Source of the DNA: an uncultured Thermoplasmata archaeon
Lineage (GTDB): Archaea > Thermoplasmatota > Poseidoniia > MGIII > CG-Epi1
Assembly: GCA_964015055.1 (NCBI GenBank)
Contig: CAXHBG010000002.1
Coordinates: 1-41,242 of the forward strand
Length of the DNA: 41,242 nucleotides
Direction of reading: 5' to 3'
The position numbers and the translations under genes are program-made. Of this stretch, positions 33,764-41,242 are shown piece after piece (the stretch's first letter is position 1; each line of letters starts with the position of its first letter). The notes under the pieces are model-generated. The model was not told the origin of the DNA. It made no database searches and saw only the letters and a program-made list of their open reading frames with translations.

Positions 33764-35107
33764 TTATTTTTCCTCGACAGCAGGAGTAGATTCAGCCATT
33801 ATTTCATTTTTAATCGGAAGTTCTTTGATTCCATACATTGCCCTAGTAATCCAATGCCTTTTCATAATTTCAAAGAATATCCAACAGCCAAAAGTGACTA
33901 TAGCAGTCCCTAAAATTAAAATCATGAGATTGGAATATCCTCTTGCTAAGAAAACTAAAAGTACAACGTAGACGATAGGCTGGTGGACAATGTAAAAGGG
34001 GTAGACTCCTTGGTTAAGATAGGCTAAATATTTACTTGGTTTGTTAAGATATTTAGCACCCCAAGTGAATACAAATAAGCACCAAAACCAGGCGTGAAAA
34101 CTTGTAATAAAGCACGAAATCAAAGTCATATTTGTATGATATTCGATTCCCAATTGCTTGTATTCATCTCCAGCCCACCCTCCCCCAATGTAAGGAATTC
34201 CACTTTTTGTTTCTTCAGATTTAATCCAAATAAACGCCAAAGTAGAAACCACAGTAGCTACAGTAATTTGTATTCTTGAGTTATCAATAAAATAAAAATA
34301 TCTTTCTTTATCAATTATGAAAAGATAACCAAAAAAGAAAATTAGCAAGTACCAGAACCATTCATACCCAAATCCAATTGCTTCTCCCATAATTGGCTTG
34401 AGAATTATGTCAGATATTGATAGAATAACAGGAAGAACTAGTAAAGGTCCAAGTTTGAATGGCATTCTGAAAGTATTTTTGAGTAATCTCGCAATCTTTC
34501 CCTCGGGATAATTTCGCACTACATAAAAAATTGGAAGTAAGAATAATGAGTATTGAAATAAACTCCATATGAACCATAGATGCCCAAGAGAAATTAATCT
34601 AGAAAGAAGTGGAACAATCATGAGTAAAGTCAACACAATCCCTCCTCCAAAGTAAACTATAACACCTTCCAAAAAGTTACTAGGGAAATATTTTGTCGCG
34701 ATCATTAAGGTCAAAGGAGTAATTGTCCAAATTCCTACAAACATAGGGATCAGTAAGCGCCTCGAACGTTCTTTTAAAAATAATTTCCACGTTCTCCGTT
34801 TGAAGGCAAACGCAGTCCCCATTCCACTAATCATGAAAAGTGCAGCAAGCCTCCACTCGTGCATCCATGTCAAAATATGTGAAATGAAATCATCACCAGT
34901 GAAAGAATATACATTGTTCACATCTTCTCCAAGATCACTATTCAAAGCTTCTCGATTTGCGTCTCCTTCAAATTCATGTTCTGGCAGAACAAAATCGTAG
35001 GCTTCCCAATAAACTCCAATTCCAACATGGAACGGAATTAGTAATGCGAAGAGAATAACTCTAAGCCAATCGATATCGTAGCGCCTTATTTTTGGAGGTT
35101 CTTCCAC
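33764..35107 (-). CDS. Integral-membrane acyltransferase family 3 (OafA/OpgC-like)
   Basis: N-terminal RRYDIDWLRVILFALLIPFHV motif and ~10 hydrophobic helices. GTG start. Confidence 0.75.
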   Translation of the reverse strand: MEEPPKIRRYDIDWLRVILFALLIPFHVGIGVYWEAYDFVLPEHEFEGDANREALNSDLGEDVNNVYSFTGDDFISHILTWMHEWRLAALFMISGMGTAFAFKRRTWKLFLKERSRRLLIPMFVGIWTITPLTLMIATKYFPSNFLEGVIVYFGGGIVLTLLMIVPLLSRLISLGHLWFIWSLFQYSLFLLPIFYVVRNYPEGKIARLLKNTFRMPFKLGPLLVLPVILSISDIILKPIMGEAIGFGYEWFWYLLIFFFGYLFIIDKERYFYFIDNSRIQITVATVVSTLAFIWIKSEETKSGIPYIGGGWAGDEYKQLGIEYHTNMTLISCFITSFHAWFWCLFVFTWGAKYLNKPSKYLAYLNQGVYPFYIVHQPIVYVVLLVFLARGYSNLMILILGTAIVTFGCWIFFEIMKRHWITRAMYGIKELPIKNEIMAESTPAVEEK

Positions 35108-35299
35108 ACTTTCCTATAGGGCTTCTAATTTAACACTATTTTGAATTCAAAGCAGGCCAAATCATTGTTGTTGCAATGGTTACAAAGATTTGTATTGCCA
35201 CAAAAATAACTAAGTTAAATCCTATTCCATAAGTAATGTTAATAATTAATGAAATAATTACGGATAGAATTAAACTTCCTACGAATAAGTTTCTGAATC

Positions 35300-36079
35300 C
35301 TACTCTGTCCCAGCTATCTGACGTCCTTCCATCCCTCCTGCAATTTCTATAACTTGACCAGTTATGTGACCAGAGAGAGAGTCTGAAGCTAGCATAATTG
35401 CAGAATTTGCAACGTCTTCAGGCTTACCCAGTTTTTTCAAAGACATAGTTGAAGTAATTCTTTCTACACGTTTTTGATCTAAGCCTTCATCAATTCTTTT
35501 TTGGCTGACAGTCCACCCAGGAGCAATTGCATTAACTCTAACGCCATTTCCAATTAGAGCAGCATCGTTTTTTAGCGTACGTAAGAGTCCTGAAGTTATC
35601 GCACCTTTAGCAGCAGCATAATCAGCATGGCCCGCTTCACCATATATTCCGGCAGTTGATCCGATTAGAACTAACGACCCTTTTTTTGTTTCAGATGCAT
35701 GCTTTAGAAAATATCGAGAAGTATTGAAAGCTAAAGACAGGTTTGTAGAAATGGTATTATCCCATCGACTACTTTCAATTTCCCATAATGGAGCATAATC
35801 TTTAGGGTATTTTCCCGCATTAGCTATACAAATATCAATTTTCCCTTCTTTTTCAATTACATGTTTGAAAAGTTCTTTAGTTTGTTTAGGGTCAGTTAAA
35901 TCAGCGTTAATAGCTAATCCATCAATTTGTTTTGAAATCTTTTCTGCATTATCTTTTGAATTATTATAATGGATTATTACTCTCGCACCTTGTTTGGCGA
36001 AAGATTTGGAGATAACACTTCCTATTCCTCCCGCACCTCCGGTCACTAAGACCACTTTACCTTCTAAATTAGAGTTCAT
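35300..36079 (-). CDS. Short-chain dehydrogenase/reductase (FabG / acetoacetyl-CoA reductase-like)
   Basis: VTGGAGGIGS cofactor motif, YAAAKGA catalytic YxxxK and NAIAPG. 4-nt overlap with the thiolase gene. Confidence 0.85.
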   Translation of the reverse strand: MNSNLEGKVVLVTGGAGGIGSVISKSFAKQGARVIIHYNNSKDNAEKISKQIDGLAINADLTDPKQTKELFKHVIEKEGKIDICIANAGKYPKDYAPLWEIESSRWDNTISTNLSLAFNTSRYFLKHASETKKGSLVLIGSTAGIYGEAGHADYAAAKGAITSGLLRTLKNDAALIGNGVRVNAIAPGWTVSQKRIDEGLDQKRVERITSTMSLKKLGKPEDVANSAIMLASDSLSGHITGQVIEIAGGMEGRQIAGTE

Positions 36080-37248
36080 ATTTCAATTTCTATTGCCGTA
36101 GCCATTCCGCCACCTAAGCACGCGGTAGCAAATCCACGCTTTCCACCCTTTTGGCGAAGTGCGTGAATTAAAGCCAGTACAATTCTACATCCAGAAGCTC
36201 CTAATGGATGGCCCATTGCTACAGCCCCTCCATTAACATTTAATTTTTCGTGCTTCAAGCCTAAACCTTGCATGACTCCTAGGCAGGCAGATGCAAACGC
36301 TTCGTTATGTTCGTATAAATCATAATCTTCTTCACCATTTCTACTATTCATCTTCCATAATTTTTGTACGGTAGGAATTGGAGCAGACATCACATCAGCA
36401 GGAGCAACACCAGTTGCGCAGTATCCTGTTATGGTAGCTAAAGGAGTTAATTCTAATTCTTCAGCCTTCCTCCGGGACATTATCAAGCAGGCAGCAGCTC
36501 CATCAGAGATTTGGCTTGCGTTTCCAGCTGTAACGATTCCATTTTCATCAAACACAGGTTTTAGCTTAGATAAACTTTCTAAGCTAGAATTTGGTCTAAT
36601 TCCCTCGTCAGTTTCTAGTACTCCATCATCGTGTTTTACAGCAACGTGATAATCTTTGAATTTTCCTTTTTTATGTGCATTATAAGCCCTAATATGAGAT
36701 TCAATTGCAAATAAATCAGCTTCATCTCTAGTTATTCCGAATTGCTCTGCAATACGATTTCCAGTTTGAGCCATTACCATTCCATTAAATGGATCAATTA
36801 ACCCATCATGCATCATGCTGTCGACTGGTTTTTCCATGCTGACTTTGCCATCTTGAGATCTAGCAACGGTAAATGGAGATTGAGACATTGATTCCATTCC
36901 TCCAGCAATCAATATTTCAGATTCACCAGCTCTAATCGCGTTAGCAGCCAGCATGATCGCTTTCATACTTGAACCACACATTTTGTTTACAGTAAGTGCA
37001 GGAATTTCTTCAGGAATATCAGCTTTAATTGCAGATTGCCTTGCAGGATGCTGTCCGATTCCAGCTGATAGAACATTCCCCATGATGACTTCTTCTACAA
37101 GCCTAGCATCTAGTTCAACTTGCTTCAGAGTTTCTTTAATTGCAAGGGCGCCCAAATCGACGGCAGAATTATGAAACAAAGAACCTCTAAATTTTCCATG
37201 TGCCGTTCTCACACCTGCTACGATTACGACATCTTTTGGATAATGCAT
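36076..37248 (-). CDS. Acetyl-CoA C-acetyltransferase (thiolase II, bacterial type)
   Basis: NKMCGSSMKAI (acyl-Cys), NEAFAS, GGAVAMGHPLGASG and ACLGGGMATA signatures. Confidence 0.9.
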   Translation of the reverse strand: MHYPKDVVIVAGVRTAHGKFRGSLFHNSAVDLGALAIKETLKQVELDARLVEEVIMGNVLSAGIGQHPARQSAIKADIPEEIPALTVNKMCGSSMKAIMLAANAIRAGESEILIAGGMESMSQSPFTVARSQDGKVSMEKPVDSMMHDGLIDPFNGMVMAQTGNRIAEQFGITRDEADLFAIESHIRAYNAHKKGKFKDYHVAVKHDDGVLETDEGIRPNSSLESLSKLKPVFDENGIVTAGNASQISDGAAACLIMSRRKAEELELTPLATITGYCATGVAPADVMSAPIPTVQKLWKMNSRNGEEDYDLYEHNEAFASACLGVMQGLGLKHEKLNVNGGAVAMGHPLGASGCRIVLALIHALRQKGGKRGFATACLGGGMATAIEIEI

Positions 37249-37332
37249 TGTAAACTTTACATTGTCAAGGGGTTAGTAAAAGGCCTTCGCAAGTATTAAG
37301 AAAAGCCGTACTGAGGTGTTAATACAGGAGAC

Positions 37333-38868
37333 ATGGCTAAACCAAAAATCAAGGAGAAACGCTGGACAGTGGATTTAGAAAAGAAAATCCAGGAGGAGCA
37401 TTTTTCAAACAAAGATAGATATTCCTTTAATCCAAATTCTGAAAAAGAAATTTTTGTCATAGATACACCTCCTCCTTACCCTTCAGGAACTTGGCATATT
37501 GGTGCTGTAGCTCAATATTCAATGATTGATGTAATTGCAAGAAGTCAAAGGTTACTTGGTAAGGAAGTTTATTTTCCATGGGGGGTTGATAGAAACGGAA
37601 TCAATATTGAATTCACGGTGGAGAAAAAAACTGGCCGTAAAATGAAAACATATGATCGAGCAGAATTTCTAGATTTATGTCGTGATGAAATAGAAAAATA
37701 TACCCAAGAAATGAGGAATATTGCGAAAAGGGTTGGACTTTCTTGTGCCTACGAACAAGAGTATTTGACAGATGCACCAGATTATCGTTCGGTTACTCAA
37801 TCAATATTCATTGACTTATTCAAAAAAGGCGCAATTGTTGAGGAGTTAAGGCCAAATTTATACGATCCAGTAGAGGGAACCACGATTGCTGAAGCTGAAG
37901 TTGAAAGATTATCGCGTAAAACTAAACTTGTAGATGTCCGGTGGTCAGTTACGGGCGATTCTAATCACGAACCTGTAATAATTTCAACAACAAGACCCGA
38001 ACTAATTTGCGCTTGTGGGATTGTCCTCGTTCATCCAGATGATTCTAGATACCAGCATTTGGTTGGCAAAAGCCTAGATTTACCATTACCAACCGCAGGG
38101 CGTTCAAAATCTGTAGAAATTAAGGCGCATCCAAGCGTCAATATGGAATTTGGTTCTGGAGTGTTGATGGTTTGTTCTTTCGGAGATCAAAATGACGTGG
38201 CAGTTTTCAGAGAATTAGGATTAACACCATTCCAAGCAATTGACTTAGAGGGTAAAATTACAGAACTAGGAGATTCTCTATCAGGAATGCTAGTTTTAGA
38301 TGCACGAAAGAAAGCCATAGAAATTCTTGAATCTAAAGATAAAATTGAAAATTTAGTTGAAAGGGAACAGGAAATACCAGTATCAGAGCGTGGTAAGAAT
38401 CCAATTGAAATTATACTTCTCAAGGAATGGTATGTCCGTCAAACCCACATTCAGGACCGAATGAAGGAGCTATCAGATGAAATTAACTTTATTCCAAGTA
38501 GAAATAAGCAATTTCTATTAGATTGGATGGAAAACATAACAATTGATTGGCCAGTAAGCCGTCGACGATGGTACCATACAGAAATACCAATCTGGTACTC
38601 AGAAGATCGAACGAAAGTAGTTACTCCGCCTCATGGGACGTATGTACAGCCATGGAAAGATTCTCCACCTTCAGGCTCAATAGTATTAGATAGGGACAGC
38701 CAAAAAGAATTAGGAAAGTATTCGATACTTGGATGGATTCTTCAAATTCTAATCTTTATGTTTCAGGATATTTATCAAATCCGGAATTATTTGAACGAGC
38801 ATTTCCTACAGGAGTTAGGCCACAAGGTAAAGAAATTGTTCGAACCTGGCTGTATTACACTCTCTTGA
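37333..38868 (+). CDS. valS: Valyl-tRNA synthetase, N-terminal part (frame breaks near 38706; last ~50 codons of this ORF are out of frame)
   Basis: FVIDTPPPYPSGTWHIGAV (HIGH-type motif), ISTTRPELI editing-domain motif and DWPVSRRRWYHTEIPIWY. AGGAG lies 4 nt upstream of the ATG. Confidence 0.75.
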   Translation: MAKPKIKEKRWTVDLEKKIQEEHFSNKDRYSFNPNSEKEIFVIDTPPPYPSGTWHIGAVAQYSMIDVIARSQRLLGKEVYFPWGVDRNGINIEFTVEKKTGRKMKTYDRAEFLDLCRDEIEKYTQEMRNIAKRVGLSCAYEQEYLTDAPDYRSVTQSIFIDLFKKGAIVEELRPNLYDPVEGTTIAEAEVERLSRKTKLVDVRWSVTGDSNHEPVIISTTRPELICACGIVLVHPDDSRYQHLVGKSLDLPLPTAGRSKSVEIKAHPSVNMEFGSGVLMVCSFGDQNDVAVFRELGLTPFQAIDLEGKITELGDSLSGMLVLDARKKAIEILESKDKIENLVEREQEIPVSERGKNPIEIILLKEWYVRQTHIQDRMKELSDEINFIPSRNKQFLLDWMENITIDWPVSRRRWYHTEIPIWYSEDRTKVVTPPHGTYVQPWKDSPPSGSIVLDRDSQKELGKYSILGWILQILIFMFQDIYQIRNYLNEHFLQELGHKVKKLFEPGCITLS

Positions 38869-39755
38869 AGTCTACTTTGTTATTAGACAAGCCCGGCTTT
38901 GCAAATGTTTGGATTGATGGGCTAGGCATGGACCCTTGGGGCCGCAAGATGTCTAAATCATTAGGCAATGGGATAGATGCAAGTTCTGTACTGGAATGTG
39001 GTGCCGGAGGGCGCACAGGTTCATGGAAAATCAAAGGTCCTGAAGGAAAACAGGTAGCATTGCAAGCTAAAAAAATTGGTTCAGAATGTTTTAGATTCTG
39101 GAAAGCTGCGGATGCACAAGTAGGCGATGATTTCCAAATTAATCCTGAGCAAATTGAATTGCGATACTTTGGAGTTCTAACTAAGATTTTTAACGTAGGA
39201 AGGTTTGCTTCTCAGTTTGAATTTGATGGAGATTTAGATACAATTCCAGATAGTTTAGAAAATGAAGATAAGTGGATTTTAGCTGAGTTTTCAGATTTAT
39301 TGGAAAAAGCTAAGGCAGGTTATTCAGAATTAGATATTTACACTGCAGCACAGGGAGTTAAGATATTTAGCACAGGCGTTTTTGCTTCACATTGGTTAGA
39401 AATGGCTAAAACCAGATTGTACAATGAAGATGCATCAGCTACTTGGACCTTGCATAGAATCTTTAGAGACTTATTATCTATTTTGTCTCCGGTATGCCCA
39501 TTTTTCACGCATCACCTATCTACCACTCTGTATGAAAAGTCATCAGTAGATGTAGATATTTTCCCACAGTCTCCACTATCAAACGGCGAATCATGGACTG
39601 AAATGACAGAATCGTTAGTGGAGTTTAATTCGATAGTTTGGAAAGCTAAGAAAGACGAAGGCATTTCATTGGCAGCTCCAATTTCAGGTCACAAAGTACC
39701 AGATTCCCTAAAGCTCATCGAGCAGGCCTTAATATCAATGCACAAACTAGAGTAA
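38733..39755 (+). CDS. valS: Valyl-tRNA synthetase, C-terminal part (frame is open from 38694)
   Basis: (VF)DTWMDSS, GKEIVRTWLYY, KMSKSLGNGID and an anticodon-binding helical domain. Confidence 0.75.
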   Translation: MDSSNSNLYVSGYLSNPELFERAFPTGVRPQGKEIVRTWLYYTLLKSTLLLDKPGFANVWIDGLGMDPWGRKMSKSLGNGIDASSVLECGAGGRTGSWKIKGPEGKQVALQAKKIGSECFRFWKAADAQVGDDFQINPEQIELRYFGVLTKIFNVGRFASQFEFDGDLDTIPDSLENEDKWILAEFSDLLEKAKAGYSELDIYTAAQGVKIFSTGVFASHWLEMAKTRLYNEDASATWTLHRIFRDLLSILSPVCPFFTHHLSTTLYEKSSVDVDIFPQSPLSNGESWTEMTESLVEFNSIVWKAKKDEGISLAAPISGHKVPDSLKLIEQALISMHKLE

Positions 39756-39757
39756 AC

Positions 39758-40618
39758 TTAAGTATTTTTTTGTTTTACAAATTCACTTGATATTCTCAAA
39801 ATTGCAAGCCCAAGAATTCCACTTAAGGTAAATAAGATAACTGCAGAGATTCCTGGAGCACTAATTGCTACTCTTAAAATCACTGTAGAGAGTATGAAAC
39901 CAGTATTTCTCGCGAGATTAGCAAAATCTACTGTAAATCTATAAGATAGTAGTAAAATTAGAATATCCGCTAGAATTAAAATTGTAAAAAAGTCTGAAAA
40001 GAAAATTTCTCGATCAACACCGCCTTTCCCTTCTATCACAGACATAGTCCAAGTTGAAAATGAGTAAACCGCCATTATTACGAATGCAGCAAATAACATC
40101 AATGAAATTATTCTCTTAGAATGCACAAAACTGTCTAACTCGCCTTCATCAACAGTGCTTATTTCGGAAACATCGCTTGATCTTCTGTAACTTAACGCAG
40201 TGAAGAACAGAATAAGGAAAGTGATACACTCAAGTAAAATTAATCCTAATTCTCCGTCAAAAACCCATTCGTCTTTGGCATCAAAATCAGCTAATCTTTT
40301 GAAGACATCCCTCACAACAAGTAGAGTAACCACTTCGTATTGCTTTCCAACTGAAGTCGAAAAAGAAGAGGGAAGTGTTCTAATGAGCTGGTAAGTCTCA
40401 TAAGTCAACAGAATTGAAAAAGGAGTGTAAAGTGAAGATAGAGGCGAATTTACGAGAGTCCTTGCTTCTCCATTTATTCTTATAAATTCAAGCTGATATA
40501 ACATGTATATCAACAAATGTCCAATGAAGGCAGTCACGGCAAAAATAAGTACTGCAGTTCTGACTTTATCGTCGGCATCTTTGCCGAGTAATTTTCTGAA
40601 CCAGTAATTAACCTTCAT
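39758..40618 (-). CDS. Polytopic membrane protein, function unknown
   Basis: 286-aa ORF with about six hydrophobic helices. A ctaatataaatcc box lies ~27 nt upstream of the ATG. Confidence 0.65.
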   Translation of the reverse strand: MKVNYWFRKLLGKDADDKVRTAVLIFAVTAFIGHLLIYMLYQLEFIRINGEARTLVNSPLSSLYTPFSILLTYETYQLIRTLPSSFSTSVGKQYEVVTLLVVRDVFKRLADFDAKDEWVFDGELGLILLECITFLILFFTALSYRRSSDVSEISTVDEGELDSFVHSKRIISLMLFAAFVIMAVYSFSTWTMSVIEGKGGVDREIFFSDFFTILILADILILLLSYRFTVDFANLARNTGFILSTVILRVAISAPGISAVILFTLSGILGLAILRISSEFVKQKNT

Positions 40619-40658
40619 AATTCAACTTCTGGAAATGGATTTATATTAGTTGGTTTTT

Positions 40659-40784
40659 TTATAAATTGAAATCAAACCCAATGTAAATCGCAGCAACCAA
40701 GGCTAAAATAACCAATAAAAGTACTTTTTTTGGTATTACAGCTAAAATTATGTCCAACGCTGTTGAAAGTAATCCTAGAATCAT
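40659..40784 (-). CDS. Small (41 aa) hydrophobic protein, hypothetical
   Basis: Hand-translated: MILGLLSTALDIILAVIPKKVLLLVILALVAAIYIGFDFNL. Its ATG lies 1 nt after the stop of the upstream gene. Confidence 0.3.
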   Translation of the reverse strand: MILGLLSTALDIILAVIPKKVLLLVILALVAAIYIGFDFNL

Positions 40785-40785
40785 A

Positions 40786-41242
40786 TTAGTTGTATTCAGC
40801 TACCCACTCAGTGTTCGGCTTATGCCAGTCCCGCAATTGATCAGTCTCTAATAATATCTTGTAATTATCTTCTGTGACTTCGGCATTAATTGTAAAAGGT
40901 ACTGTAATCGAGTTTGTGTTAAAAAAGTCATCAAAGATTACTTCCTCTGAAACTAGAGAGCTGCCATCATACTGTTGAATTGTAACTCTCAAGTGGCATT
41001 GTTGAAAGGATAATCTTTGTGTGCAGTCTTCACTACTACCTTCATGGGTTACTGTGGTTTCTCCTTCAATTGACTTAGCGTCATTTTCAATTTTCAAATC
41101 AATTTGTGTGACTTTTGCAGTTGGGGCACACGTACATTCCATGTTATCTGAAATTACAAACCCATCAAAATTTACGGTAATTTCAGTTTGGTTAGATACT
41201 TCACTTCCGCTAGGAGAAATTACAGTTAGAGTAACTAGGTAT
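40786..41242 (-). CDS. Hypothetical protein, 5' partial (frame open to window edge)
   Basis: No stop lies upstream of the listed ATG at 41142. The frame continues ...YLVTLTVISPSGSEVSNQTEITVNFDGFVISDN-MECTC..., so this is the C-terminal part of a larger, probably extracellular protein. Confidence 0.6.
   Translation of the reverse strand, partial: YLVTLTVISPSGSEVSNQTEITVNFDGFVISDNMECTCAPTAKVTQIDLKIENDAKSIEGETTVTHEGSSEDCTQRLSFQQCHLRVTIQQYDGSSLVSEEVIFDDFFNTNSITVPFTINAEVTEDNYKILLETDQLRDWHKPNTEWVAEYN

Noticed and set aside
35108-35299. 192-bp gap between the SDR and the acyltransferase containing an open, strongly hydrophobic minus-strand frame (…LFVGSLILSVIISLIINITYGIGFNLVIFVAIQIFVTIATTMIWPALNSK)
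   Set aside because: No ATG, GTG or TTG precedes the hydrophobic part in that frame; the first candidate, a GTG, leaves only ~20 codons. AT-rich DNA readily yields I/L/F/N-rich frames. It might be a decayed small membrane gene or use a non-canonical start, but I cannot support a call.
1-41242. Search for CRISPR arrays, IS elements, integrases, prophage or defence-system genes
   Set aside because: The only periodic repeats are coding (DUF285 units, pentapeptide repeats, the GAY/GAR tract). No spacer-repeat architecture, terminal inverted repeats with a transposase, or nuclease/ATPase defence-type ORFs were seen.

Overview
AT-rich archaeal chromosomal segment. Gene order and protein families are archaeal. 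The secreted protease, adhesin and lipid-metabolism genes suggest a marine heterotrophic euryarchaeote such as Marine Group II/Poseidoniales, but that placement is inference only. The window has four blocks. (i) nt 1-9929 is a cell-surface/secretome island: a DUF285 repeat protein, a 1029-aa SBBP-repeat protein, an anchored S8 subtilase, a BNR/Asp-box lipoprotein and a TSP3/PGF-CTERM glycoprotein. It is interrupted by methylmalonyl-CoA epimerase and a bacterial-type PanD, and it ends at tRNA-Glu. (ii) nt 9939-18104 is an accessory block. It holds an unusual 1122-aa ORF fusing a Lys-rich tail, 28 pentapeptide repeats, a polytopic membrane domain and an SDR sugar epimerase. It also holds a ThiS/SAMP-like protein ending in GG, tRNA-Ser, a secreted protein with 70 consecutive Asp/Glu, and a 41-aa zinc-ribbon ORF. 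Its last elements are a translationally coupled PIG-L deacetylase / GT4 glycosyltransferase / ATP-grasp ligase operon and a HemK/Mtq2-type methyltransferase. (iii) nt 18108-33562 is the canonical archaeal ribosomal-protein supercluster on the minus strand (uL3 through uL15, then SecY, Adk and a DUF106/YidC-like protein). It has lineage-specific oddities: a GC-rich structured ~160-nt leader upstream of rpl3, a SAP-like domain fused to uL24, an N-terminally extended SecY, and a hexapeptide acetyltransferase inserted between secY and adk. (iv) nt 33764-41242 carries an acyltransferase-3 protein, an SDR plus thiolase pair, a valyl-tRNA synthetase split by a -1 frame change at an A5 run, and membrane or unknown proteins. 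I recognised no rRNA, CRISPR array, transposase or integrase. The best candidates for undescribed biology are the deacetylase/GT4/ATP-grasp operon, which has mycothiol/bacillithiol-like logic with a different ligase, and the 1122-aa fusion ORF.
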